Source of the DNA: a bacterium | Lineage (GTDB): Bacteria > Sysuimicrobiota > Sysuimicrobiia > Sysuimicrobiales > Segetimicrobiaceae | Direction of reading: 5' to 3' | DNA length: 61,932 nt | NCBI GenBank assembly: GCA_035703895.1 | Contig: DASSXJ010000172.1 | Span: 1 to 61,932 of the forward strand | Shown here: positions 1 to 9,882 of the stretch, in pieces | Numbering within the stretch: the stretch's first letter is position 1 | Layout: the number at the start of each line of letters is the position of its first letter | Program-made: the position numbers and the translations under genes | Notes under the pieces: model-generated | Databases searched by the model: none | Seen by the model: the letters and a program-made list of their open reading frames with translations, nothing else | What the model was told of the DNA's origin: nothing

Positions 1-1
1 C

Positions 2-874
2 GGTGGAGTCGCCGCCGTGCCCTCCGTGATCGCCGCCGCCGTCACGAACGTGCCGGTCGTCGTCCTTGAGGGAAACGCCCTCCCCGGACGGACGAACCGC
101 ACGCTGGCGCGGTACAGCCGCGTCATCGCCGTCTCCTCCGAGGAGGCTGCGGGCCGGCTGCCGGCAGGTCGGACCGTGATGACCGGGCTGCCGATCCGCC
201 GGGAGGCGTATACGGCGACACGGGAAGACGGCCTCGCCGCCTTTCGGCTCGACCGGGGCCGAAAGACGGTGGTCATCATCGGCGGCAGCCAAGGGGCCGC
301 TCGGCTCAACGCCGCAGCGGAAGAGACCGTGCGCCGGCTCGCATCCCGGGGCGATCTGCAGGTGCTCCACCAGGTCGGCAGAGGCTGGAGTGGGGTAGAG
401 CGGGCGCCGACGGGAGCGCCGCTGCAAGTGGCGCCGCTGCAAGTGGCGCCGCCGCCCGGACCATCACCTCTCGAGGGGGCGATCCGGTACCTCCGCGTCC
501 CTTACATCCAACACATCGGCGCGGCGTATGCGTGCGCGGATCTCGTCGTCAGCCGGTGTGGGGCAAACGCGCTCGCTGAGATCACCGCGAACGGGCGTCC
601 TTCGATCCTGGTGCCCTATCCTTTTGCGGCAGACGACCACCAGACGTGGAATGCGTCCGCGGTCGTCGCCGCGGGCGGCGCCGTGCTCATCCCCGACGCC
701 CAGTTGACCGGGGAGCGTCTGGCGGGAGCCATCACCGATCTCTTCGACACGCCCGGCCGGCTCGAGGCGATGGCGGCCTCCGCCCGGAGCCACGGGCGTC
801 CCGACGCCGCCGACCGGGTGATCGCGCTCGTCTCTCGCCTGGTGGAACCGCTCGCGGAAGGGGTCCGCGGATGA
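2..874 (+). CDS. murG: UDP-N-acetylglucosamine--N-acetylmuramyl-(pentapeptide) pyrophosphoryl-undecaprenol GlcNAc transferase MurG, 5' end outside the window
   Basis: The frame is open from the window edge. The translation (..VLEGNALPGRTNR.. and ..ADLVVSRCGANALAEI..PYPFAADDHQTWNA..) matches MurG. The stop overlaps the murC ATG (ATGA at 871-874). Confidence 0.9.
   Translation, partial: GGVAAVPSVIAAAVTNVPVVVLEGNALPGRTNRTLARYSRVIAVSSEEAAGRLPAGRTVMTGLPIRREAYTATREDGLAAFRLDRGRKTVVIIGGSQGAARLNAAAEETVRRLASRGDLQVLHQVGRGWSGVERAPTGAPLQVAPLQVAPPPGPSPLEGAIRYLRVPYIQHIGAAYACADLVVSRCGANALAEITANGRPSILVPYPFAADDHQTWNASAVVAAGGAVLIPDAQLTGERLAGAITDLFDTPGRLEAMAASARSHGRPDAADRVIALVSRLVEPLAEGVRG
416..453 (+). repeat. 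15-bp tandem duplication (gcgccgctgcaagtg x2 plus a partial third copy) inside murG, encoding APLQV-APLQV-APPP
   Basis: Read directly: 416-430 and 431-445 are identical, and 446-453 repeats the first 7-8 nt. The repeat is in frame. Confidence 0.9.
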
Positions 875-2280
875 TCCCGGCGGGATCTCGCGTGCACTTC
901 GTGGGGATCGGGGGCGCGGGCATGAGCGCGATCGCCTCGGTGCTGCTGGCGCGCGGGTACGCGGTCTCCGGATCCGATCTCCGCGAGAGCGAGGTCACGC
1001 GGAGGCTGCGGGCGGCCGGCGCGCGCATCCAGATCGGCCACGCGCCCGAGAACATCGAGCCGGACCAGGTGGTGGTCATCAGCCGGGCCGTACCCGAGGG
1101 CAACGTCGAAGTGCAGATGGCCAGACAACGCGGCGTCCGGGTTTTGCACCGGGCCGAAATGCTGGGCGGCCTGATGGAGGGGAAGCGCAGCATCGCCGTG
1201 GTCGGCACTCACGGCAAGACCACCACGACGTCGATGATCGCCCGAATCTTCGAGCAGGCGGGGCGCGATCCGACGGTGCTCATCGGCGGCGAGGTGGATG
1301 ACTTTGGCGGCAACGCGCGGGCCGGACGCGGAGAGGACCTGGTTGCGGAAGTCGACGAGAGCGACGGGTCGCTGCTCCGGGTCGCTCCGCAGATCGCGAT
1401 CGTCACCAACATCGACGCCACCGATCACCTCGACTTCTACGGATCGATGGAGCAGGTGCTCGAGACGTTCCGGCGGTTCCTTTGGCGGCTTCCGGCGTCC
1501 GGGCTTGCGGTCATTTGCACCGACGCCGCTGCCGGGCGCACGCTGGCGAACGATCTGCGTGCCGCGCGGGGGGCGCGCGCGGTGACGTACGGCCTCGAGC
1601 CCGGAGCAGACTACACCGCACGGATCCTCGAAATGGCCGGTCCGCGGACGGTGTTCGATGTCCGAGGGGGGGATCGCACGCTCGGAAACCTGACCCTGCC
1701 CGTCCCCGGCGCATACAACGTGCAGAATGCGCTCGGCGCGCTCGCGGCAAGCCTAGAGCTCGGCGTGCCGTTTGGGTTGGCCGCCACGGCGCTCGGGACG
1801 TTTCGCGGCGTGCTGCGGCGATTCACGGTCCGCGGGGACGTCGGTGGAGTGCTCGTGGTCGACGACTACGCGCACAACCCGACGAAGGTCCACGCGTTGC
1901 TTCAGGCGGCCCGGCAATGCTGGCCTGACAGCCGCATCATCGCGGTGTTCCAGCCGCACCGGTACAGCCGCACGCAGACGGTGGGCCCGCAGTTCGCCGG
2001 CGCGTTCGATCCGGCGGACGAGGTCATCATCACCGAGCTCTACGCAGCCGATGAACCTCCGCTCCCCGGCGTCGATGCCGGGATCATCGTGCGTGCCGTC
2101 GGCGCGCGGCGGGCCGTGCACGCGATCGCGGATTCGGCGGAGGTGGCGGCCTGGCTGGAGGCACACGTGCGGCCGGGTGACCTCGTGCTGACGATCGGCG
2201 CCGGGGATGTGTGGAAGATTGGCGATGCCCTGGTCACGCGGCTGCGGGCGCGGGCGGCGGGAGTGACGGGGCGTGGGTAG
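871..2280 (+). CDS. murC: UDP-N-acetylmuramate--L-alanine ligase MurC
   Basis: Begins MIPAGSRVHFVGIGGAGMSAIA and contains GTHGKTTTTSM. The ATG at 871 is in frame with ORF 646..2280, whose upstream part overlaps murG out of frame. Position after murG fits the dcw cluster. Confidence 0.95.
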   Translation: MIPAGSRVHFVGIGGAGMSAIASVLLARGYAVSGSDLRESEVTRRLRAAGARIQIGHAPENIEPDQVVVISRAVPEGNVEVQMARQRGVRVLHRAEMLGGLMEGKRSIAVVGTHGKTTTTSMIARIFEQAGRDPTVLIGGEVDDFGGNARAGRGEDLVAEVDESDGSLLRVAPQIAIVTNIDATDHLDFYGSMEQVLETFRRFLWRLPASGLAVICTDAAAGRTLANDLRAARGARAVTYGLEPGADYTARILEMAGPRTVFDVRGGDRTLGNLTLPVPGAYNVQNALGALAASLELGVPFGLAATALGTFRGVLRRFTVRGDVGGVLVVDDYAHNPTKVHALLQAARQCWPDSRIIAVFQPHRYSRTQTVGPQFAGAFDPADEVIITELYAADEPPLPGVDAGIIVRAVGARRAVHAIADSAEVAAWLEAHVRPGDLVLTIGAGDVWKIGDALVTRLRARAAGVTGRG

Positions 2281-3202
2281 CGTCGCGCAGGACGTCGTCG
2301 CGGCCCTCGAGCAGTTGTGCCCGGGGGGCGTGCGGCGCAACGAGCCCCTGGCCCGTCACGTGACCTTCCGCATCGGCGGCCCGGCCGATGTGCTCGTGCT
2401 GCCGCGCTCGCTCGATCATCTGATTGCCTGCACCGCGTGGATGTATCGGGAGGGCCTTCCGTTTGTCGTGTTGGGGCGGGGCAGCAATGTGCTGATCGCG
2501 GACCGCGGCGTGCGGGGTGTGGTCATCAAGACCGGCCGGGGCCAGGAACATGTCCGGTACGACGGGAGCGATGTCGCTGCCGAGTGCGGCGTCAGCCTTC
2601 CCCAACTGAGCCGGGCGACCGCCGCCCGGGGGCTCGCCGGGCTCGAGTTCGCTGCGGGGATCCCGGGATCCGTGGGGGGAGGAATCGTCATGAACGCGGG
2701 CGCCCACGGATGCGCCTTGTCCGAGGTGGTCCGCGAGGTGCGCGTGCTCACCCCAAGCGGAGAACGGACATGGTCCCGCGAGGAAATGGGCCTCCAGTAC
2801 CGGCAGAGCCGGCTGCAGGCTGAACGCGGTGTGGTGCTGGAGGTCACCCTGAACCTCACGCCCGCCGATCCTCGGGTGTGCCTCGAGCGTCTGGATGCCT
2901 GGCTCCAGACGCGCAGCGACACGCAACCGTTGGGGCCGCCCAGCTCCGGATGCATCTTCCGCAACCCGGTGGGGGACCATGCGGGCCGTCTCATCGACGT
3001 CTCGGGCGGAAAGGGCATGCAGATCGGCGGGGCGACGGTGAGCGACCGGCATGCGAACTACATCCTCAACACCGGCGGGGCGACGGCGGACGAGGTGGTG
3101 AGGCTGATCGCGGAAGTCCGGGCCAGGGTTCGGGATCGGTCGGGGATCGACCTCGAGCCGGAGATCAAAATGATCGGGGATTTCGAATCGGGGGGGCTGT
3201 GA
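2273..3202 (+). CDS. murB: UDP-N-acetylenolpyruvoylglucosamine reductase MurB
   Basis: FAD-binding N-terminus (RIGGPADVLV, GRGSNVLI) and C-terminal ..ANYILNTGGATADEV... GTG start overlaps the murC stop by 8 nt. Confidence 0.92.
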   Translation: MGSVAQDVVAALEQLCPGGVRRNEPLARHVTFRIGGPADVLVLPRSLDHLIACTAWMYREGLPFVVLGRGSNVLIADRGVRGVVIKTGRGQEHVRYDGSDVAAECGVSLPQLSRATAARGLAGLEFAAGIPGSVGGGIVMNAGAHGCALSEVVREVRVLTPSGERTWSREEMGLQYRQSRLQAERGVVLEVTLNLTPADPRVCLERLDAWLQTRSDTQPLGPPSSGCIFRNPVGDHAGRLIDVSGGKGMQIGGATVSDRHANYILNTGGATADEVVRLIAEVRARVRDRSGIDLEPEIKMIGDFESGGL

Positions 3203-4062
3203 TGTCTGTGGTGGTGCCCCTTCCCGTGGATCGTCCGGCCGACCGCAGGCCGCGGCGTGTCTCGCTCCGGCGGATCGTGCGGTTTCTCGCGGCCATCTCG
3301 ATGCTGTGCGGAGCCGCCGCATTTCCCGCCTCCTCGGTCTTCGCCCTCCACACCGTGACCGTGACGGGCAATACGGCGGTTCCGGCGTCGACGGTCCTCC
3401 GGCTGGTCGACCTCCAGCCCGGGCTCAACGCCTTCCAGGTCGACGCCGGGGCGATTCGGGAACGACTGCTGACCGATGCCCGCATCGAGAGCGTCACCGT
3501 CGCCATGGAGGACTTCCCACGCGGGGTCCGGTTGGCCGTCCGCGAGCGGGCGCCGATCGCGGCGCTCGACGCCGGGGGAGAGTACGTCATGCTCAGCGCG
3601 GACGGGGTGGCGATCACCACCGCCGCGGATCGAGGTGCGCAACCGGTCCTGATTGTTGACCGCCTCGACCCGACCGACGTCTCGATCGGCCGGGTGGCGC
3701 AATCCCCCGAGGTGCGTCTCGGAGCCCGCGTCGCGGGGATGCTGCCGGACCCGCTCAGGGACCGGATCACCGCCGTGCGGGTGAATGGCGCAGGTGAGGT
3801 GGTGCTCGCGCTGCGGGACGGCATCTCGGTGCGGTTGGGCGGGATGAAGGGGATGGACGAACGCGTGGAGATGGTTCCCCAAGTGCTCGACGCGATTGCG
3901 ACTCGAGGCCTCCAGGTGGAGTCGGTGGACCTGCGCTTCCCCGGGAGCATCGTGGTGCGGCCCATGCGGGCGTCCGGGGCGCCTGCTCAGCCGGGCGCGT
4001 GGCAGGAGAACCCCTCGAGACGTGGAATAAGGCCCGCGATGCACCGTCCATCCTTCCCTTAG
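3202..4062 (+). CDS. ftsQ: Cell division protein FtsQ/DivIB (single TM plus POTRA)
   Basis: The ATG at 3202 overlaps the murB TGA. It has a basic N-terminus, a TM segment (FLAAISMLCGAAAF) and a POTRA-like VTVTGNTAVPASTVLRLVDL... It lies between murB and ftsA. Confidence 0.8.
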   Translation: MSVVVPLPVDRPADRRPRRVSLRRIVRFLAAISMLCGAAAFPASSVFALHTVTVTGNTAVPASTVLRLVDLQPGLNAFQVDAGAIRERLLTDARIESVTVAMEDFPRGVRLAVRERAPIAALDAGGEYVMLSADGVAITTAADRGAQPVLIVDRLDPTDVSIGRVAQSPEVRLGARVAGMLPDPLRDRITAVRVNGAGEVVLALRDGISVRLGGMKGMDERVEMVPQVLDAIATRGLQVESVDLRFPGSIVVRPMRASGAPAQPGAWQENPSRRGIRPAMHRPSFP

Positions 4063-4084
4063 TCGAAGCCGGAGGTGCACCTGC

Positions 4085-5326
4085 TTGGCCAAGCGGGGAC
4101 CTTTGGTGGGGCTTGATATCGGCACCACCAAGGTCTGTGTTGTCGTCGCAGAACCCACCGAAGACGGAGAGGTCCACATCACAGGGATGGGGGCCTCTCT
4201 GTCTAGTGGTGTGCGTAAGGGCGCGGTGATCGATCTCGAGGCCACCACGCGCGCCATCGAGGAGTCCGTCGACAAGGCGGAGCGGATGGCCGGGGTGAGG
4301 ATCGCCGGTGCGATCGTGGGCGTCTCGGGCGGACACCTCGCGTCCCAGAACAGCCGGGGCGTGGTCGCCGTTTCCCGAGCCGACCACGAGATCGGCGAAC
4401 AGGATGTGTCCCGCGTCGTGGAGGCGGCGCGGTTGGCGGCGGTCCCGGCGAGCGACCGGGAGATCGTCCACCTGCTCCCCCGCGATTTCATTGTGGATGG
4501 ACAGGACGGCGTCAAGAACCCCGTCGGGATGTACGGGACCCGCCTCGAGGTCGAAGCCCACATCGTCACGGGGGCCAGCACGGTCCTGGCGAATTTGTTA
4601 AAGTGCGTGCAGCGGGCCGGATTGGAGAGCGAAGCGCTGGTCCTAGAGCCCCTGGCCTCAGCCGAAGCCGTGCTCTCTCCCGCGGAGCGGGACCTGGGTG
4701 TCGCCCTGGTCGACATCGGCGGAGGAACGACCAGCCTCGGGATCTTTACAGGGGGAGGGCTGTGCTACACCGCGGTGCTTCCGTATGGAGGCAACCATGT
4801 GACAAACGATATCGCCGTCGGGCTTCGGACCTCGTTTGGTGACGCGGAGCGCCTCAAGATCCGCCACGGGTGCGCGATGCCGGCGATGATCACGGACGGC
4901 GACAGCATCGAGGTCGTCCACGTGGGAAGCCGCGAGCCCCGGCTCATGCCGAGACGCATGCTGAGCGAGATCATCGAGCCGCGGATCGCGGAGATGGCTG
5001 GGCTCGTGCGCGCCCAGCTCAGCCGCTCAGGGTTTGCCTACCGGATCCCGGCCGGGATCGTGGCCACGGGGGGCACCGCCGCGTTGCTCGGGCTCGCAGA
5101 TCTTTTCGCGGAGCGGTTGGGGATGGCGGCTCGGGTAGGACTGCCGGAGATTCCGGGGAGCGTAGCCGACACGGTGAGCAGCCCGGCATACGCCACGGGT
5201 GTCGGATTGGTGCTGCACGATGCGCGCCGCCGGAGGGTGGGCCGGAGTGGGCGGAGTGTGAACGGCGACGGAACGATGTACGGTCGGGTGCGCCAGTGGT
5301 TGCGGGAATTCACCCTGGGGGCGTAA
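4085..5326 (+). CDS. ftsA: Cell division protein FtsA (actin-like ATPase)
   Basis: TTG start with GGAGG 9 nt upstream. [16 protein letters not shown] phosphate-1 motif and ..VDIGGGTTS.. motif. Lies directly upstream of ftsZ. Confidence 0.92.
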   Translation: MAKRGPLVGLDIGTTKVCVVVAEPTEDGEVHITGMGASLSSGVRKGAVIDLEATTRAIEESVDKAERMAGVRIAGAIVGVSGGHLASQNSRGVVAVSRADHEIGEQDVSRVVEAARLAAVPASDREIVHLLPRDFIVDGQDGVKNPVGMYGTRLEVEAHIVTGASTVLANLLKCVQRAGLESEALVLEPLASAEAVLSPAERDLGVALVDIGGGTTSLGIFTGGGLCYTAVLPYGGNHVTNDIAVGLRTSFGDAERLKIRHGCAMPAMITDGDSIEVVHVGSREPRLMPRRMLSEIIEPRIAEMAGLVRAQLSRSGFAYRIPAGIVATGGTAALLGLADLFAERLGMAARVGLPEIPGSVADTVSSPAYATGVGLVLHDARRRRVGRSGRSVNGDGTMYGRVRQWLREFTLGA

Positions 5327-5447
5327 GTCCAGGGAGACGACGCAGCAGGCATGAGAGGAGTCGACGGAGGATGACGCCGGCACATCGGTCGAAACACCCT
5401 GTTCACCGGATGCTCACGTGGGGATCGGAGGCGGCCGAAACGCAAGG

Positions 5448-5471
5448 GGAGGAGAAGCAGGCTTCTCCTCC
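5448..5471 (+). promoter_or_regulatory. Perfect 10-bp inverted repeat (ggaggagaag / cttctcctcc, 4-nt loop) in the ftsA-ftsZ spacer
   Basis: Read directly. The stem is 5448-5457 paired with 5462-5471. No U-tract follows. It ends 20 nt before the ftsZ ATG. Confidence 0.5.
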
Positions 5472-5490
5472 AGATCTGGTGGGAGGGGTG

Positions 5491-6573
5491 ATGATGGCGG
5501 GAGCTGAGCGGGACCTCCGGGGATACGCGGCGATCAAGGTCGTCGGGGTTGGCGGGGGCGGGAGCAATGCGGTCAACCGGATGATCAGCGCGGGGCTCCG
5601 GGGTGTTGAGTTTATCGCCATCAACACGGACGCGCAGGCGTTGGCTCTGAGCAACGCCGACAAGAAGATCCACGTGGGGGGCAAACTGACCCGAGGACTT
5701 GGCGCGGGCGGCGATCCGGAGATCGGCCGTCAGGCGGCGGAGGAGTGCCGGGAGGAACTGACCGAGGCCCTCGAGGGCGCGGACATGATCTTCGTCACCG
5801 CGGGGATGGGCGGGGGGACGGGAACCGGCGGCGCGCATGTCGTGGCGCAGGTGGGCCGTGAGCTGGGGGCGTTGACGATCGGCGTCGTCACCCGACCCTT
5901 CAGCTTCGAGGGCCGCCGCCGGGCGGTTGTGGCCGACGAGGGGATCCGAAACCTTCGCCAGCGCGTCAACACGGTGATCACGATTCCGAACGACCGGTTG
6001 CTGCAAGTGGTCGACAAGAGCGCCACGGTGGTCGAGGCGTTCCGCGTGGCCGACGACATCCTCCGGCAGGGAGTCCAGGGGATCGCCGACCTGATCACCG
6101 TACCCGGGCTGATCAACCTCGACTTCGCCGACGTCCGCGCGGTCATGACCGAGGCGGGGTCGGCGCTGATCGGCATTGGCGTGGCGGACGGCGAAAACCG
6201 CGCCGTCAAGGCCGCCCAGGCCGCGATCGCCAGTCCGCTCCTGGAGACGTCGATGGACGGAGCCCGCGGGGTTCTCATGAACATCACGGGCGGGACCGAC
6301 CTGGCACTGTTCGAGGTGAGCGAGGCGGCCCAAGTCGTACAGAAGGCCGCCGACGCAGACGCCAACATCATCTTCGGCGCGGTGATCGATGAGCGGCTGG
6401 ACGGCGAGGTCCGCATCACGGTGATTGCCACCGGCTTCGAGGGCCGCCGTCGAGACCTCGAGGACACCGGGGAGGGGGAGGTCGCCGTCACGGTCGGGGA
6501 GGGCGGCGTCCCGAGCACCCCCCGCCTGGAGCGTGACGACCTGGACATCCCGGCCTTTCTTCGGAAGCGCTAG
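5491..6573 (+). CDS. ftsZ: Cell division GTPase FtsZ
   Basis: [17 protein letters not shown] and the tubulin signature GGGTGTGG. GGGAGGGG lies just upstream. An ATG at 5494 or GTG at 5488 are alternative starts. The 207 codons upstream in ORF 4870.. are a spurious extension. Confidence 0.95.
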   Translation: MMAGAERDLRGYAAIKVVGVGGGGSNAVNRMISAGLRGVEFIAINTDAQALALSNADKKIHVGGKLTRGLGAGGDPEIGRQAAEECREELTEALEGADMIFVTAGMGGGTGTGGAHVVAQVGRELGALTIGVVTRPFSFEGRRRAVVADEGIRNLRQRVNTVITIPNDRLLQVVDKSATVVEAFRVADDILRQGVQGIADLITVPGLINLDFADVRAVMTEAGSALIGIGVADGENRAVKAAQAAIASPLLETSMDGARGVLMNITGGTDLALFEVSEAAQVVQKAADADANIIFGAVIDERLDGEVRITVIATGFEGRRRDLEDTGEGEVAVTVGEGGVPSTPRLERDDLDIPAFLRKR

Positions 6574-6592
6574 ACTGGAAATCGCATCTCTC

Positions 6593-6642
6593 CGGCCCGG
6601 GCGCGGCGGCTGGCTACGTCGCGTCCGGGCCGCGGCTCTTTT
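6593..6642 (+). terminator. Possible intrinsic terminator after ftsZ
   Basis: cggcccgggcgc (6593-6604) pairs with gcgtccgggccg (6621-6632) with one G-U pair. A short T4 run at 6639-6642 is not immediately adjacent to the stem. Confidence 0.4.
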
Positions 6643-6674
6643 CCCTGTCCATCCCCGGTGGTAGGCTAGAATCC

Positions 6675-7733
6675 ATGGCAACGGTAGCTCCGGACCGCTT
6701 CACCGCGATTCAGGCTGCGGTGGAAGCGACGTTTCAGGTCAACGGGATCGAGGTCCAAGACGGCCGTCTGGTGTTCGATATCCTGCCGGGGGAGGACGGC
6801 AAGGAGCGATTCCTCCGCCTCCGCGAGCATCTCGATCCCATCGGCGTCCTCCCGATGCTCCGGCGGCGCCAGGGGCGAACCGTGATCCTGCTGGCGCCGA
6901 AGCCGCCCCAGACCCGTCTCCAGTGGGCTTTGCCCGTGGCGTTGTTCGTGGCGACGCTCGCGTCCACGTTCTTCGCCGGGTATCTCAACGGCACGGGGGA
7001 CGGCGGGCCCGGGCGGCTCACCCCGTGGGCGAGCGGCGTCGCGTTTTCCCTCCCGCTGATGGCGATCCTCTTCTGCCACGAGATGGGCCACAAACTCGTC
7101 TCGATCTGGCGCGGGATCGACGCAGGGTTGCCCCTATTCATCCCCATGGCGCCCCCGTTCGGGACGATGGGGGCGGTGATCCTGATGCGCACGCCCGCCC
7201 CGAATCGTGACGCGCTCGTGGACCTGGGGGCCAGCGGTCCCATCGCGGGGTTTCTCGTCGCCATTCCCGTGCTCATTTACGGGATCGCGCACTCCACGGT
7301 GATCGCGAATCCTGCCGCCATCCACGGGTGCCAGTTTCCCTCCCCGAAGCTCGTGGATTTTCTGATCGCCCGGCTGCTTCATCCCGATCCGTCCGCCGAC
7401 GTCCTGTTTCATCCCGCGGCGTTCGCCGGATGGTTCGGGCTGCTCGTGACCGCGATCAACCTGCTTCCAGGCAGCATGCTGGACGGCGGCCACGTCACCC
7501 GCGCGGTGTTTGGCGCCCGCGCGCACCTGGTGCTGTCCATCGCGGCGGCCGTGGTGGCGTTCGTCTTCAAGTACTGGTTGATGGGCGTGCTCATCCTCCT
7601 GCTGCTGCGCCGCGGGCACCCGGGGCCCCTCGACGACGTGTCGCCGGTGACCCTCAGCCGGAAGATCATCGCGGCGGCGCTCGTAGTGATCTTCGCGCTC
7701 AGCGTCGTGCCGCTCGGGTTCTCGTGTCAGTGA
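6675..7733 (+). CDS. Site-2 protease family (peptidase M50) integral membrane metalloprotease
   Basis: HEMGHKLV (HExxH) inside a TM segment, multiple hydrophobic spans, and an LPGSMLDGGH motif typical of M50. Confidence 0.85.
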   Translation: MATVAPDRFTAIQAAVEATFQVNGIEVQDGRLVFDILPGEDGKERFLRLREHLDPIGVLPMLRRRQGRTVILLAPKPPQTRLQWALPVALFVATLASTFFAGYLNGTGDGGPGRLTPWASGVAFSLPLMAILFCHEMGHKLVSIWRGIDAGLPLFIPMAPPFGTMGAVILMRTPAPNRDALVDLGASGPIAGFLVAIPVLIYGIAHSTVIANPAAIHGCQFPSPKLVDFLIARLLHPDPSADVLFHPAAFAGWFGLLVTAINLLPGSMLDGGHVTRAVFGARAHLVLSIAAAVVAFVFKYWLMGVLILLLLRRGHPGPLDDVSPVTLSRKIIAAALVVIFALSVVPLGFSCQ

Positions 7734-8488
7734 CGGGACCCGGGACTTCGCGCGATTCGTCCGTCCTCGTCGAAGCGCAGGACCTCCAGAAGCGATTCCG
7801 CAACTTCCATGCCGTCAAGGGCGTCTCGTTCCAGTGCTACGCCGGCGAGGTATTTGGCTTGTTGGGACCCAACGGCGCGGGTAAGACCACGACGATCCGG
7901 ATGCTCACGACGATTCTCCGGCCGACCTCCGGCACGGCGCGCATCGCCGGGCACGACGTCACGAGGGAGCCCGCGGCGGTGCGAAGCGTGATCGGCGTCC
8001 TGCCGGAGAACGCGGGGATCTACGGCCGCCTCACGGCGCGTGAGGCCGTCCGCTACGCGGGCCGCCTGTACGGCGTGCAGCCCGAGGTGCTGGAGGGACG
8101 GGTCGAGGCGATTCTCGAGGCGCTGGAGTTGACCCCCGACATGGACCGGGTCACGGACACCTTCAGCAAGGGGATGAAGCAAAAGGTGAACATCGCGCGC
8201 GCCCTCGTCCACGATCCTCCGGTCGTCTTCCTCGACGAGCCCACGTCGGGATTGGACGTCATCTCGGCGCGCTCCGTGCGAGACTTCGTCTCCCGGTTCA
8301 AGCAGGACGGGCGCTGCGTCATCATGTCCACGCATGTGATGGAGGAGGCAGAGCGGCTGTGCGATCGGGTCGCCATCATCGCCGCGGGCCAAGTGCAGGC
8401 GGAGGGGCGGCTCGACGACCTCAAGGCACGCACGGGAATGGGGTTGGAGGAGATCTTTGTCCAGCTCGTGGAGGATACCGTTCGATGA
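7730..8488 (+). CDS. ABC transporter ATP-binding protein (ABC-2 / NatA-like exporter)
   Basis: GTG at 7730 overlaps the M50 TGA. Walker A GPNGAGKTT, signature FSKGMKQK, Walker B VVFLDEPTSGLD. Confidence 0.9.
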   Translation: MTGPGTSRDSSVLVEAQDLQKRFRNFHAVKGVSFQCYAGEVFGLLGPNGAGKTTTIRMLTTILRPTSGTARIAGHDVTREPAAVRSVIGVLPENAGIYGRLTAREAVRYAGRLYGVQPEVLEGRVEAILEALELTPDMDRVTDTFSKGMKQKVNIARALVHDPPVVFLDEPTSGLDVISARSVRDFVSRFKQDGRCVIMSTHVMEEAERLCDRVAIIAAGQVQAEGRLDDLKARTGMGLEEIFVQLVEDTVR

Positions 8489-9747
8489 TCGTTCGGGCGA
8501 GTGGATGGCTGCGGCAGCGCCTCGCGCCGGGGAGCATCCCCCCGAGCGCGGCGCAGCCGTTGGGACCGGACGTGCGGACGGTGTTCGCGAAGGAGCTCTT
8601 GGAGGCCTCGCGAGACCGGCGCACGCTGCTGGTCATGATCCTGCTGCCCGCGATCATCATGCCGCTGGCGACGCTCGGGATCCCGTATCTCGAACAGCGC
8701 CAGCAGCGCGCGATCGCGACCTCGACGCCGTCCGTCGCCATCGTGGGGCAGGCCTCCGGGCTGGTGCACCTCGCGTACACGACCAAGCTGATTCGCCCCG
8801 TCAAGACGAACGATCCGGTCAAGGCGCTGCGCGAGCGGCGGGTGCTCGCGGTGCTGAAGATCCCTCAGGGGATGGAAGCCACCATCGCGCGCGACGGCCA
8901 GGTGCACGTGGTGATCCAGTACGACGCCAGCGACTCCGAGAGCGTCGCAGCCCGGAACAAGGTCGTCGACCTGATCTCCCGCTACAGCCAGCAGGTGGTC
9001 GCGCGCAGGCTCCTGGCCCGCCATCTGAATCCGACCGACCTGCTCCCGGTGGTGCTGGACGAGCGCAACGTCGCCACCCAGCGGCAGCTCTCGGGGCTCC
9101 TGCTCGCGAGCCTCCTGCCGTTCTTCATCGCGATGTGGGCGGTCGTCGGCGGGATGTCGGTGGCAGTCGATCTGGCCGCCGGGGAGAAGGAGCGGGGCAC
9201 GCTCGAGTCGCTGCTCGTGACGCCGCCGACCCGGGAGGCCATCGTCGTGGGGAAGTTCCTGGCCGTGCTCGCGGCGTCATTGGGCTCGGTGATCATCGTG
9301 ATCACGACGATGATGCTGAGCCTGCGCTGGGGCTATCCGTATCTGGTCCACACGTCCACGAAGCTCGACGTCAGCCTGCCGCTCGGCACCGCCGTGGTGC
9401 TGCTCGGCATCGCGCTCTTGTTCTCCGGCCTGGTGAGCGCGATCCAGCTCGCGGTCAGCGTCTACGCCCGGTCCCCGCGAGAGGCGCAGCAGTACGTGAC
9501 GCCGCTGTACTTCGCCATCGTCCTCCCCGGCCTGGCCGTGCAATACATCAGCGAGTGGCAGGCCACGTCGTGGGTGTACCTCATGCCGGTGCTGAATACG
9601 TTCTTCTCGTTCCGCGAGTTGCTGTTGGGCACGATCAACTGGTGGCACCTCGCGCTGACCGCGGTTTCGTGCATCTTCTACGCGACCCTTATTCTCGAGG
9701 TGGCGATTTGGTTGTTCGGGCGAGAGTCGGTGATTTTCCGCACCTGA
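8485..9747 (+). CDS. ABC-2 family transporter permease (NatB-like, large extracytoplasmic loop)
   Basis: ATGA overlap with the ATPase gene. One N-terminal TM segment, about 150 aa of soluble loop, then about 5 TM segments. This architecture matches NatB-type permeases. Confidence 0.8.
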   Translation: MIVRASGWLRQRLAPGSIPPSAAQPLGPDVRTVFAKELLEASRDRRTLLVMILLPAIIMPLATLGIPYLEQRQQRAIATSTPSVAIVGQASGLVHLAYTTKLIRPVKTNDPVKALRERRVLAVLKIPQGMEATIARDGQVHVVIQYDASDSESVAARNKVVDLISRYSQQVVARRLLARHLNPTDLLPVVLDERNVATQRQLSGLLLASLLPFFIAMWAVVGGMSVAVDLAAGEKERGTLESLLVTPPTREAIVVGKFLAVLAASLGSVIIVITTMMLSLRWGYPYLVHTSTKLDVSLPLGTAVVLLGIALLFSGLVSAIQLAVSVYARSPREAQQYVTPLYFAIVLPGLAVQYISEWQATSWVYLMPVLNTFFSFRELLLGTINWWHLALTAVSCIFYATLILEVAIWLFGRESVIFRT

Positions 9748-9882
9748 CCGTGCCGAGGGATTGAGTTGATAGAGCCTTGACGGTATTCTTGACTTAGCTA
9801 CTCTAGAATCCGAGGGCGGTCGGGCGGCGGTCCAGGACCTGGGGGTGCCGCCTCCGTCGTGCTGGAGGGTCGAGACGGGTAC

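Noticed and set aside
3058-4716. 552-aa ORF on the minus strand opposite ftsQ/ftsA
   Set aside because: Its product is an Arg/Pro/Gly-rich low-complexity translation with no recognisable motifs. The plus strand encodes clearly conserved FtsQ and FtsA. Long antisense ORFs are expected in high-GC DNA because stop codons are rare.
4870-5490. 207-codon N-terminal extension of ftsZ in the ORF track. Similar extensions occur upstream of murC (646), ftsQ (2878), the ABC ATPase (7328), the permease (8359), phnD (16348), lspA (27200), lgt (27574), yicC (35754), remA (36752), def (40391), fmt (40777), PP2C (46603) and HDAC (50041).
   Set aside because: The extensions overlap the preceding conserved genes out of frame and lack motifs. 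Internal starts with SD sequences or 4-nt stop/start overlaps give proteins of canonical length with canonical N-termini.
6664-6673. Recurring GGCTAGAATC/TCTAGAATCC motif at 6664-6673, 9802-9811 and 11784-11793, all in spacers upstream of operons
   Set aside because: It could be a shared -10 element (TAGAAT), but I found no matching -35 at a sensible distance in any of the three cases. At 6667 the hexamer ends only 2 nt before the ATG. Three short A/T-rich matches in intergenic DNA may be chance. It needs a genome-wide motif count.
9815-9882. Possible metal riboswitch in the GC-rich leader of the ZIP transporter
   Set aside because: It contains local hairpins (ggtcc-a-ggacc, ggcggc..gccgcc), but I recognise no conserved riboswitch core (NiCo, Mn yybP-ykoY or similar). 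This cannot be supported without a covariance-model search.
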